Below, piece by piece: positions 26,641 through 34,591 of a stretch of DNA of 38,427 bases. The stretch's first letter is position 1; each line of letters begins with the position of its first letter. Source of the DNA: a virus. Location of the stretch: positions 1 through 38,427 of the IMG/VR virus record IMGVR_UViG_3300037882_000760. The stretch is one strand, 5' to 3'. A program made the translations under genes and the position numbers. The notes below the pieces were generated by a model. It was not told the origin of the DNA, ran no database searches, and saw nothing but the letters and a program-made list of their open reading frames with translations.

Positions 26641-26659
26641 GGGAGGCAACACACCTCCC
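26641..26659 (-). terminator. GC hairpin (weak terminator/attenuator candidate)
   Basis: GGGAGG-N7-CCTCCC, followed on the minus strand by ACCAUUUU. Lies between ORF 26685-26945 and the lipoprotein gene. Confidence 0.3.
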
Positions 26660-26684
26660 TGTGCTAACCCCCGTTATTCACACT

Positions 26685-26945
26685 TTACCATTCTGTTTTA
26701 AATAATGTCATTAACTCTTCAAATGTGTAACTGGTTGAGGCAATGAAATACATGCCATTCATTTTTGTAATTCTGTTATTGATTACTGCATCGACTATCT
26801 CATGAATATACTCTTCATTAGTAGCGTTACCCGCCTTTTCACCTTCCAAATAAGAAAGTCTGGCAAGTTTTACAGCATCCTTAATATTAATCTCTTCAGG
26901 TAGTATTTTGCTGTCAATAAATGTTTTGATAATTAGGTCGTTCAT
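26685..26945 (-). CDS. Hypothetical acidic small protein
   Basis: The track ORF starts at TTG (26972), inside the conserved leader. The first ATG at 26945 gives MNDLIIKTF... (86 aa). Confidence 0.55.
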   Translation of the reverse strand: MNDLIIKTFIDSKILPEEINIKDAVKLARLSYLEGEKAGNATNEEYIHEIVDAVINNRITKMNGMYFIASTSYTFEELMTLFKTEW

Positions 26946-26953
26946 TTCATTGT

Positions 26954-26977
26954 CGTTTAAATTATGAATCAAAGATA
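26954..26977 (-). promoter_or_regulatory. Bacteroidota-type -7 box (TATCTTTG) plus conserved leader, copy A
   Basis: The minus strand reads TATCTTTGATTCATAATTTAAACG, nearly identical to 36100-36122. The ATG lies 9 nt downstream. Confidence 0.4.
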
Positions 26978-27029
26978 TTACTCATGCCTCGAATCCGAAA
27001 CGGCAAAGTATATGAACGGTAGTATTCTT

Positions 27030-27377
27030 TTATGAACGGTTGAAGTAGCTAGTAACGGCTAACTGAAAATCTTTCAGGCTCCGACAAGTGATAACACAAT
27101 TACCGTAATCCATAAGCCTCAATCCTATTTCTTTCTGCTTTGGTGATAATACACCCTTTGCGGTTTTTAGCTCAATGTATAAGCTATGATACCCTTTTGA
27201 ATCCATAGGTATGTGAAGGTCTGGCACTCCAGCCGTTACCCCCTCCGCTTTCATAATGCTTGCGGTAATCACTCCACGCTTACCACCGTTCGGGATAGCA
27301 TAGATAAGTTTCTTCGGGTGTGCTAATCGAAACCATTTAACACATTGAATCTGCAATTTACTTTCTTCGTGTTTCAT
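27030..27377 (-). CDS. VRR-NUC domain nuclease
   Basis: 115 aa. EESKLQIQCVKWF...IPNGG...GVTAGVPDLHI...LYIELKTAKGVLSPKQ matches the VRR-NUC pattern (E...PD...ExK). Confidence 0.85.
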   Translation of the reverse strand: MKHEESKLQIQCVKWFRLAHPKKLIYAIPNGGKRGVITASIMKAEGVTAGVPDLHIPMDSKGYHSLYIELKTAKGVLSPKQKEIGLRLMDYGNCVITCRSLKDFQLAVTSYFNRS

Positions 27378-27600
27378 AATTCAATTTAGTGAATTTCGTC
27401 AATGTTCGTACCTCACACAGCCGATAACTTACGCTAATCGCAAGGCTATCGCCCAGCGACTAGCTAACAGTTATAGGCAAGCCTTCCACGCTCAACCTCA
27501 CGCAAGGCCAGCCAATAACAATTAATATGAATAATGTGCTGTTCGGCTGTGCTTTCATGCTCTTGAGGTCAATAAAAAGAAAAACCCACCCGCCTTAAAA

Positions 27601-27996
27601 TCATAAAGTTTTCTTAATGCCTTCTAAAGTTTGCAATAGATTTATTACATCACTTACAAATTCTTTAAACTCAACCTCGCTACTAGATGAAATTTCTTTT
27701 TTTAACCACGAAGTGTAAATTTCTTGTAGGTTGTACTTACACTCATCACATACATTTTCTTTACGTATTGAAGTGATTTCAAATTCATTTATTACTATTG
27801 TTAATTGATAACAATCGCCATCAACTACTAAGCAATAAAATCTATTATATCCATCTTTTGTATTTTTAAAGAAATGCCTACCATCTTTAATATTGTGTAT
27901 TGTTTCTTTAGTTACGGTTATTTTTTCTATAAATGTTATCATAAAAACCTTATTAAATTCAAATACAATTTGGCAATTCATTAAGATGTATTCCAT
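27601..27996 (-). CDS. Hypothetical protein
   Basis: 131-aa ORF. An alternative ATG at 27942 would remove the 38-nt overlap with the upstream gene. Confidence 0.5.
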   Translation of the reverse strand: MEYILMNCQIVFEFNKVFMITFIEKITVTKETIHNIKDGRHFFKNTKDGYNRFYCLVVDGDCYQLTIVINEFEITSIRKENVCDECKYNLQEIYTSWLKKEISSSSEVEFKEFVSDVINLLQTLEGIKKTL

Positions 27997-28126
27997 CCTT
28001 ATAATATTCTCTCCGTGGAGATTTTTGTTCTCTTATTAATTTACACTTCGTACACTCGGCTCTTCCTTTTGATAGATTCATCCAAGAGTGGCCTTTGAAT
28101 ATTCTTTTACGTTTATTTTCAAGCAT
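27959..28126 (-). CDS. Hypothetical small basic protein
   Basis: The track ORF starts at TTG (28159). The first ATG at 28126 gives an 8-nt overlap with the upstream stop. Contains CTKC. Confidence 0.45.
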   Translation of the reverse strand: MLENKRKRIFKGHSWMNLSKGRAECTKCKLIREQKSPRREYYKDGIHLNELPNCI

Positions 28127-28331
28127 ATCTTTCTGGTAGTTTTGTTTCTTGCTCGGCAATTGCTTCTTTTAAAAACAATACAGAAGTTTGAAGTTCTGTG
28201 ATAGCAATAGATAACAGCCTTTTTGTGTCCATATGAGGCTGTTGAGTTATTCTATTTTGAATACCTTTTATTTGCAGAATTTTAAAGTTAAAATCCTTTA
28301 CAATTTCTTTCAAATCTTTTAATTCTTCCAT
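28119..28331 (-). CDS. Hypothetical small protein
   Basis: 70-aa helical-looking ORF with an ATG start. Confidence 0.5.
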   Translation of the reverse strand: MEELKDLKEIVKDFNFKILQIKGIQNRITQQPHMDTKRLLSIAITELQTSVLFLKEAIAEQETKLPERYA

Positions 28332-28442
28332 TTTAATAATGTTGGGAAAAGCCCTCCCTCTTTTTTCTTTTTATTGTTAGTTTCTTTCAATTCTCTGTGC
28401 TGAAAATGGCACACTATACATATTATGGCCGTTATATGGTAA

Positions 28443-30383
28443 TTACCAAGGTGCCTTAACATCTTCTTTCAGTATCTCCTCCATTGACTTGGGAGGGTTT
28501 AAAGGCTTATCGAAATTGTTAGGTACTATTGGGAGCTGGTAAGGCTTTTGTGCCGGCTCATCCGGGTAATCTGTGTATTTTTCTTGCTTAACCACTTCCT
28601 TAATATTTTTATACAGATTATCTACGTGCATATTTTGTGCAGAATATCCATGTTTATGGGCATGATAATATAGACTAAAATTGCCAATCTTACCAATACC
28701 CTTTGGCTTTGCTTTCTGAATAAAGATAACACTTTCATTTTCCTCATAGGGTAGGCCATGTTCATTTTTTAAAAAACTTGGTGGCCTCCACACGCTAATC
28801 ATAGCCATTCCTTTACGGCTCCATGATTGCCCACCGGCAACCTCACGATAAGAAGCCGGAGGGTAATATCTTTTAACTGCCCCGGATTCGGTCTTTTCGC
28901 TTTTAATTTCTTGGTCTTGTACGTGGGTAATTATGCAGTTGTGCCATTTCTTCTCTCTAGCTACTTCCCGGATAAAACCTAAAATGCGCTCTAAGTATAA
29001 ATCCTGTCGGCCATCTTCTTTAAAACTATGTGCCAATTCATTCCAAGGGTCAATCGTGGTAGTGTGTATCTTAACGTTGTAAACACGCTCTATTATTTCG
29101 CAATACTCATAAAACTCCTCAACATTAAGAACGTTCTTCTCCGGATCAATAACAATAAAATACTGGTCAACAAACTTTTCAGCGGCCTTCCTTTTTGCGT
29201 CTGTCATTTTATTGCCGTGTGTATTGTAGAAATCAGATTGAGCGTATATTTCTATCAACTCAATAAAAATCTCTTCAGCTCGGCCTGTTTCCGGGCTAAA
29301 TATAGCGTGTCTTATGCCATGCTTATGTGATAGGTTTACTAAAAATTGAAACCATACTTGAGATTTACCGGAATAAGGAGCGCCATAAATATAGGTTGTG
29401 CATCCGGTTTTAACGGTATAAAGTTCATCAGCTTCTGGGTATCCTACATCGTAACCCTTTTGTAATCCATTAACCCATAAATCGTCTATGCTTTCACGTT
29501 TATCAGCAAGGGTATAATAAATCTTACCATACTTTTCAGAAATCTCTATTTCCTTTTTAAGACCTTGAATATCTGATATAGGGCTTTGCATACCATTAGA
29601 AACACCATCCAAAATAGCTTTCTGATTTAATTTGAAATCTTGAGGGTCTAATATATAAGCATCTTGCTCAAGTAATCTTATTGCCTCCTCGTATGCTATT
29701 TTACCGGATGCAATATAACCACCCATCAACCTGGAAGCATTTAAAATTCTAGTATGCCTTTCACCGGGTACCGCTTTTCTTAAATAGTTCAGAACCTTGT
29801 TTGCCGCTCCGTAATCATTGGCAAAAAAGTTTTCAAGATTTAATTTCTTTGGCTCTGGGTCTTTGTGTGTTTCTTTCCATATTTGGCTTTTATCGTTAAT
29901 GTATAAATCCGGATCGTAGCAATAAAAACAAAGTCTTGATATATCTTTCCCGGAGGTGTCAAGCTCTTTGTATCTGGCCATAAAAGAGTAATAATACTTT
30001 TTGTATTCAGTATCAGATTTTACAATAGGTATTTTTACCAACATTTTAAGCCCGTGGCCGCTCGGACTTTCAAAAAAGGCATAAGTATATGGGTCTTGCT
30101 TAAATCGTTCTTTGTATGCGTTTAAATCGCTTAGTTTATCAAAGTCTAAAATCATTAACCCGGATGCCTCATTAAGATTACTATTTGAGCGTTCTGAAAA
30201 TGTACCTCCAAAGCAAACAGCCGGCAAAGACTTTTTAGCGGTAGCAAGTGATGCCGGGTCTAAGTTCTTAAAATTACCTATTCCGTAATCATCATTCGTT
30301 TTAAACTTCTTTAATACCGCTGATACTTGCACATCGTAAGGGGCTTTGGTATCTAGTATGTTTTTAAATATTGATACTTTCAT
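28443..30383 (-). CDS. Primase-helicase (VirE-N/BT4734-like N-terminal domain plus SF4/RecA-like helicase)
   Basis: 646 aa. PAVCFGGTFSERS...LMILDFDKL...FFESPSGHGLKMLVKI is the VirE_N pattern. Walker A is IYGAPYSGKSQ and Walker B is HTTTIDPWNE. Confidence 0.85.
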   Translation of the reverse strand: MKVSIFKNILDTKAPYDVQVSAVLKKFKTNDDYGIGNFKNLDPASLATAKKSLPAVCFGGTFSERSNSNLNEASGLMILDFDKLSDLNAYKERFKQDPYTYAFFESPSGHGLKMLVKIPIVKSDTEYKKYYYSFMARYKELDTSGKDISRLCFYCYDPDLYINDKSQIWKETHKDPEPKKLNLENFFANDYGAANKVLNYLRKAVPGERHTRILNASRLMGGYIASGKIAYEEAIRLLEQDAYILDPQDFKLNQKAILDGVSNGMQSPISDIQGLKKEIEISEKYGKIYYTLADKRESIDDLWVNGLQKGYDVGYPEADELYTVKTGCTTYIYGAPYSGKSQVWFQFLVNLSHKHGIRHAIFSPETGRAEEIFIELIEIYAQSDFYNTHGNKMTDAKRKAAEKFVDQYFIVIDPEKNVLNVEEFYEYCEIIERVYNVKIHTTTIDPWNELAHSFKEDGRQDLYLERILGFIREVAREKKWHNCIITHVQDQEIKSEKTESGAVKRYYPPASYREVAGGQSWSRKGMAMISVWRPPSFLKNEHGLPYEENESVIFIQKAKPKGIGKIGNFSLYYHAHKHGYSAQNMHVDNLYKNIKEVVKQEKYTDYPDEPAQKPYQLPIVPNNFDKPLNPPKSMEEILKEDVKAPW

Positions 30384-31024
30384 TATAGATAATCTTTAAC
30401 ATTGAATTGCTGAATACTTGCTGGCTCTGATAATTCATCTTCCCATGATTTATTAGTCAGATACCTAACCGGGTCTTTTCTGAACTGTTCCACCGGATGC
30501 GATAATACATAATTATCAACGGTTTCAATTATTTTTTCTATTTCAGAATCTTTTAGCTTTAACCATTTTTCTAAGGTTGCCTTCCTTCCTATTTTCTTTT
30601 TATACTTCTCCCAAAACAAATCGAACATCTCTGTCTTTATTTCTATTGTCTTATTTCTATTGTCTTTAAAGTGGGTTACGGTAGAGGTGTCTGTAGAGGT
30701 ACTACTAGAGGTGTCGGTAGGGGTTACGGTAGAGGTTTGAATTTGAACCTCTACTATTTTGAAAGTAGGTAGTTTAATTCTGTTATTTCCGGCTTGATAC
30801 TCTATTAAATTTTCCCCTTCTAACCATAACAAAGATTCATAATACATAGAGTTTGAGCAGCGTGTTTTCGCTGTCATTTGCTCTTTAGTTGCCGGGGTTA
30901 CTTTCCATCTATTCTTATTAACAAGGTCAACCAATGCCAAATAAACATATCCATAATGTAGCTTATACCCATCCCTGTGTATTATGTCATTCCAGAAGTT
31001 ATTTAATATATCAATGTACTGCAT
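30383..31024 (-). CDS. Replication initiator / replisome-organiser-like protein
   Basis: 213 aa. N-terminal winged-helix-like part, a T/S/D linker, and a C-terminal FDLFWEKYKKKIGRK...YLTNKSWEDE motif common in phage replication proteins. Shares one nt with the primase start. Confidence 0.55.
   Translation of the reverse strand: MQYIDILNNFWNDIIHRDGYKLHYGYVYLALVDLVNKNRWKVTPATKEQMTAKTRCSNSMYYESLLWLEGENLIEYQAGNNRIKLPTFKIVEVQIQTSTVTPTDTSSSTSTDTSTVTHFKDNRNKTIEIKTEMFDLFWEKYKKKIGRKATLEKWLKLKDSEIEKIIETVDNYVLSHPVEQFRKDPVRYLTNKSWEDELSEPASIQQFNVKDYL
30669..30754. repeat. Phased 12-bp tandem repeats (GTAGAGGT core x5) ending in a 9-bp perfect palindrome, inside the initiator gene
   Basis: Cores lie at 30681, 30693, 30705 (CTAGAGGT), 30717 (GTAGGGGT) and 30729. 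An inverted copy at 30746-54 gives GTAGAGGTT-N8-AACCTCTAC. Confidence 0.85.
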
Positions 31025-31075
31025 TAGATTTAATTTACAACTGTTAAAAACTCTTTAATTTTAGGAGCCAAAAAA

Positions 31076-31231
31076 TTACTCGGTGCTTATTAACTTACCA
31101 CCATTTATCTGAACCACTTTTAATTCTCCTGCTTTAGCCATCTGAGAAACACGGCCAACGGTTTTATTAATACGCTTTGCGTACTCGGTCAATGTGAATA
31201 GCTTTGTTCTGTCAACTTTTACTGATTCCAT
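31076..31231 (-). CDS. Small HTH DNA-binding protein (excisionase/AlpA-like HTH_17 pattern)
   Basis: Hand-translated, 51 aa: MESVKVDRTKLFTLTEYAKRINKTVGRVSQMAKAGELKVVQINGGKLISTE. Confidence 0.5.
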   Translation of the reverse strand: MESVKVDRTKLFTLTEYAKRINKTVGRVSQMAKAGELKVVQINGGKLISTE

Positions 31232-31290
31232 ACTGCAATATTAAAGATAGTTTAATTAATAACCTAAAAATTTAGCGGATATTTCACCGC

Positions 31291-31626
31291 TTATTCTACA
31301 TTTTCCACCTCAAAGCCCATCAATTTGTAAAGGCTTGAAATCTTATTGCCTAACTGTTCGGCTGCCTCCTCTTCACTTCCTTGGTTATCTACTAACCACT
31401 TAGCCATTAACTCCACTACATTTGCAGCGTTATTAAATTGGAGCTGGCTGTCTTCTTCTCTTAGTAGTTTATCAAAGTAAGGCTCAACCTCTTTAAGTAG
31501 GTTATTAGCTAGGTTCTTACGTTTCTGACTGAATAGCTCGGTTCCTTGGCAGTCATCGTAAACTCCCTGTAAAACGTGGAGGCTACAAATAGCTATCATT
31601 GCGGAGTGGATTTTCTTAGTTTTCAT
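31291..31626 (-). CDS. Hypothetical acidic protein
   Basis: 111-aa ORF with an E/D-rich C-terminal half. Confidence 0.55.
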   Translation of the reverse strand: MKTKKIHSAMIAICSLHVLQGVYDDCQGTELFSQKRKNLANNLLKEVEPYFDKLLREEDSQLQFNNAANVVELMAKWLVDNQGSEEEAAEQLGNKISSLYKLMGFEVENVE

Positions 31627-31789
31627 ATCTACGTTTAATTACTTTCTGAACCCGTTCATCTTCTTTAGTGGTCAATCGCTTATTACCGTTTAGATAATCG
31701 CTTACAGCCGTTGTTTTAAGCCCTAGCAGTTCGGCCACCAACGGGGCGCAATCGTGCTTATCGATTAGTTGTTTTGTTTCTGGTGTCAT
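31616..31789 (-). CDS. Small HTH protein (Cro/XRE-like)
   Basis: Hand-translated, 57 aa: MTPETKQLIDKHDCAPLVAELLGLKTTAVSDYLNGNKRLTTKEDERVQKVIKRRYEN. ATGA overlap upstream. Confidence 0.5.
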   Translation of the reverse strand: MTPETKQLIDKHDCAPLVAELLGLKTTAVSDYLNGNKRLTTKEDERVQKVIKRRYEN

Positions 31790-32007
31790 TCGGATTGTGT
31801 TTTTGGTGACTTGTAAGCTTCTATTTTTTTACAAAGCAAATGTAGTATTGCCTCAGTAATATCTTTTTGGCCGCTATTATCGTACTTTTCAGCATCCTTT
31901 AACAATTCAATCATTAACTTAAAATGCTTATTGGCTGGTGGTGGAGGTGCTATAAATACATGTCCTTTGGCCGTTCTATTTTCTATTCTATCTCTATGCC
32001 AAAACAT
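31786..32007 (-). CDS. Hypothetical small protein
   Basis: 73-aa ORF with an ATG start. Confidence 0.5.
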   Translation of the reverse strand: MFWHRDRIENRTAKGHVFIAPPPPANKHFKLMIELLKDAEKYDNSGQKDITEAILHLLCKKIEAYKSPKTQSE

Positions 32008-32018
32008 CTTTATAAATT

Positions 32019-32174
32019 TTAGTAGTAATAATTAACTGGAAACCATGACCATTCAGGATTTCTTCGGCACCAATCTTTGGCCTGTTCAATCCTATCGTAA
32101 CATCTGGGCGTTATGCTTTCGTCATCGCAAACGCACAAATAAACATCTCTGACACTCATTACATCATTTTCCAT
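32019..32174 (-). CDS. Hypothetical Cys-containing small protein (51 aa)
   Basis: Hand-translated: MENDVMSVRDVYLCVCDDESITPRCYDRIEQAKDWCRRNPEWSWFPVNYYY. Confidence 0.4.
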   Translation of the reverse strand: MENDVMSVRDVYLCVCDDESITPRCYDRIEQAKDWCRRNPEWSWFPVNYYY

Positions 32175-32292
32175 AGTAATCGTCTTTGTCTTTGTTAATT
32201 GATTTAATCCACTCGTTTATACCGAAAAATATTAAAATAAAAAATAGGCAATAAACGGCAAATTTTAAAAAGGTTAGTTCTACGTCTGTCAT
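32164..32292 (-). CDS. Small membrane protein (42 aa)
   Basis: Hand-translated: MTDVELTFLKFAVYCLFFILIFFGINEWIKSINKDKDDYYGK. ATGA overlap upstream. Confidence 0.4.
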   Translation of the reverse strand: MTDVELTFLKFAVYCLFFILIFFGINEWIKSINKDKDDYYGK

Positions 32293-32519
32293 CTTATTGG
32301 TTTTAAAAATTGATACTTTGGTTTACTTAACTTTCTAAACCTTACTAAATCGGTTACTAGCTCACTAACTCTATCATCGTGGTAGTACTTTGTTCCAGTC
32401 ATTACCGAGTGAATAAAGCCTTTGCTAAAATCGTGAGTAAGTAGAAATTCTTTTTTATGGACTATTGCCCAAAGGTCAGCGACTTTTTGGCTAGTGTGCC
32501 CGAGTAGTAATGGTTTCAT
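32289..32519 (-). CDS. Hypothetical protein
   Basis: 76-aa ORF with an ATGA overlap upstream. Confidence 0.5.
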   Translation of the reverse strand: MKPLLLGHTSQKVADLWAIVHKKEFLLTHDFSKGFIHSVMTGTKYYHDDRVSELVTDLVRFRKLSKPKYQFLKPIR

Positions 32520-32983
32520 TTTAAATCGAACATTGATAAATCAAGTGGTATTAATTTATCGCATAACTCTTTTATTTCATTATTTGATTTAACTCTCAAA
32601 TCTTCAATCTCTTTTACTATTTGATTAAGCCTTTCAAATAATTCATTATCTAGTTTCATAAACAATGCACTTTCTTTTTTTCCAGCGTATGACTTATAAG
32701 TACTTCCAACTTGTGAAATGACAAACTTACCATCGGTTCTGATAGCCGAACATTCGTATAAGCTAAAACTATTGCCACCGTACTGTGATTTCATTAAGAA
32801 CTTAAAAGGCTTAAATTCAATGTTTGCTTTAATAAATAAGTCAATTTCTTTTCTAAGGTCTTGTAAAGAGTCTCTCTTTGATGTTTTAACATTGTTATTA
32901 AGCTCTATTGAGCATTCAAACTTATCACTGTTATCATCGTAGTAAATCGTTTGTCCTTTATAATCTTCAATTTCTATTTTCAT
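32516..32983 (-). CDS. Hypothetical protein
   Basis: The track ORF starts at GTG (33025). The first ATG at 32983 gives MKIEIEDYKG... (155 aa). Confidence 0.5.
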   Translation of the reverse strand: MKIEIEDYKGQTIYYDDNSDKFECSIELNNNVKTSKRDSLQDLRKEIDLFIKANIEFKPFKFLMKSQYGGNSFSLYECSAIRTDGKFVISQVGSTYKSYAGKKESALFMKLDNELFERLNQIVKEIEDLRVKSNNEIKELCDKLIPLDLSMFDLK

Positions 32984-33057
32984 TTTTTTATTTTTTAGTT
33001 TATCAAACCTACTAAAACCGCCCACCGTAGTAAAGTGAACTTTGATGAGCGGTTGAG

Positions 33058-33237
33058 TTATTGTTTAAGTGGTTTTTGGCCTTTTACTACTATGTTAGTA
33101 TATTCTGGTTCACGACCATCACCAACATAATGACTTACTGAAATTGTGGTTCTATTAATATCAAGATTATACTTTTCAACAATAATAGATTTAATATCTT
33201 CTTGATTTAGCTCTATTGTTACATATTCTTTTGCCAT
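33058..33237 (-). CDS. Hypothetical small protein (59 aa)
   Basis: Hand-translated: MAKEYVTIELNQEDIKSIIVEKYNLDINRTTISVSHYVGDGREPEYTNIVVKGQKPLKQ. Confidence 0.45.
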   Translation of the reverse strand: MAKEYVTIELNQEDIKSIIVEKYNLDINRTTISVSHYVGDGREPEYTNIVVKGQKPLKQ

Positions 33238-33241
33238 CTCC

Positions 33242-33637
33242 TTAATATTTAATCCCTAAAATATAACAAACAGTCTTAACCCTATCCGACATCTTAACAA
33301 GCCTTTTATTAACAAGCCTGTCAAGGAATGACCGCTCAATATCATGAGTAAGGTAGAAGTTTTCAAAAGTGCCGTACTGTTTTATCACCTCGGATCTAAT
33401 CGTGTCACACAAAGCGAATGGTAGCGTTCTGGTAACACTTGTATGCTTTCCGTAGTGCTTTGCCATTTTACAAAGTTGCTCAAATAGGTGAACGGGTTGC
33501 CCTGTCTTTATGATGGCGTTTAGCTCGGTTCGTTTCGGCTTATTCAATACGTTATTATCTTTCAGAATCTTAGATTGAAAGTTATCAACCCCGTGAAATT
33601 TGAGGTCGATAAGTGCTTTTAGTTCGTTTGGTGTCAT
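33242..33637 (-). CDS. Hypothetical protein
   Basis: 131-aa ORF with an ATG start. Confidence 0.55.
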   Translation of the reverse strand: MTPNELKALIDLKFHGVDNFQSKILKDNNVLNKPKRTELNAIIKTGQPVHLFEQLCKMAKHYGKHTSVTRTLPFALCDTIRSEVIKQYGTFENFYLTHDIERSFLDRLVNKRLVKMSDRVKTVCYILGIKY

Positions 33638-33789
33638 GGCTTTAAAAGGTTTTTTCCTGTTTTATACATTAATTCGCCCAATAGCTTGGTTGAAATCATT
33701 CCACTAATTAGCCAAACAGGGAATACGGCTGTCATCATTATAGGCAAAATTAAAAGCCTAATCCATAAAGGGTATTTTTCTTTTTTCAT
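33634..33789 (-). CDS. Small membrane protein (51 aa)
   Basis: Hand-translated: MKKEKYPLWIRLLILPIMMTAVFPVWLISGMISTKLLGELMYKTGKNLLKP. ATGA overlaps at both ends. Confidence 0.45.
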   Translation of the reverse strand: MKKEKYPLWIRLLILPIMMTAVFPVWLISGMISTKLLGELMYKTGKNLLKP

Positions 33790-34247
33790 GGCAATTTTAC
33801 GGTAAGGCTATTTGAAACAAAGGATTTAACAGGCACAACGGGAATAACCTCGCCCGATTCATCCGTAATCAATCCCTGCACTTTCTGATTATGTTGGTAA
33901 GCTGCTTTTAGTAGCCCCTCCCTTTCTTTAAGTTTGGCCTTTAAATCGGCATAGGTTGAATCTTTTTCGTAATCCAATACTTCGTACCCATTACGATCTG
34001 AAAGTTCAATACCGTTTAAATTATCGGGCAATAGTGAAGTGTCAGTATCTTTAATTAAAGGTTTGGCTTGCTCCATTATTCCATCGGCTATATCCTTTAC
34101 TACTTTGGCCTGAATATATGCCGATTTAGGTTCAATGGTTCCGTTCAATAGCCCGATTTCAACGGCCTTAATTTTATCTTTTACAGTTTGTTTTGTTACT
34201 GGCATGGCCTCAAATTCTCTTTGCGCCATAAATAGCTCTTTGCTCAT
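33786..34247 (-). CDS. Hypothetical protein
   Basis: 153-aa ORF with an ATGA overlap upstream. Confidence 0.55.
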   Translation of the reverse strand: MSKELFMAQREFEAMPVTKQTVKDKIKAVEIGLLNGTIEPKSAYIQAKVVKDIADGIMEQAKPLIKDTDTSLLPDNLNGIELSDRNGYEVLDYEKDSTYADLKAKLKEREGLLKAAYQHNQKVQGLITDESGEVIPVVPVKSFVSNSLTVKLP

Positions 34248-34591
34248 TTGATATGTTTTTTAAGGTGTTCGATATAGGCCTCTGTTTTGGCCTTATAAAA
34301 TGAATCAAAATCATTATAGCCCCCTTTTTCTTGATTATACAGAACAGCTAAAGTGTTTCTAATCCGTTGGCTTTGGCTTTTGCCAGTTGCATCTAATGGG
34401 TCTATTTTGTCAACTAATGCGATTTCATTAGGCTGTATTTCACCCTCTTTTAGTAAACAGGTGATTAGCTTATTTTGATAACCAAATAGCTCACCTGCCC
34501 TTTCTTTGGTTAGCTCTTGCGTAGATAACACGATTTTAACCGTGTTATCCTTGCGAGTGCTGTAATTCTCTACGTATGCTGAAATAATCAT
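34244..34591 (-). CDS. Hypothetical protein
   Basis: 115-aa ORF. Its start shares one nt with the stop of the SSB-like gene. Confidence 0.55.
   Translation of the reverse strand: MIISAYVENYSTRKDNTVKIVLSTQELTKERAGELFGYQNKLITCLLKEGEIQPNEIALVDKIDPLDATGKSQSQRIRNTLAVLYNQEKGGYNDFDSFYKAKTEAYIEHLKKHIK

Noticed and set aside
27415-27551. Possible tRNA in the GC-rich intergenic island (TAGCTAACAGTTATAGG resembles a D-loop).
   Set aside because: I found no T-loop (GTTCRANYC) and no 7-bp acceptor pairing at the right spacing on either strand. At 137 nt between the long-range stems it is too long. I kept it only as a generic structured-RNA candidate.
28338-28376. GTTGGGAAAAGCCCTCCCTCTTTTTTCTTTTT: a hairpin plus T-run on the plus strand, which also vaguely resembles the start of a GTTG... 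CRISPR repeat (solitary-repeat idea).
   Set aside because: There is only one copy, the stem is 3-4 bp, and the orientation is wrong for terminating any gene here. I cannot verify any repeat similarity without a database, so I make no claim.
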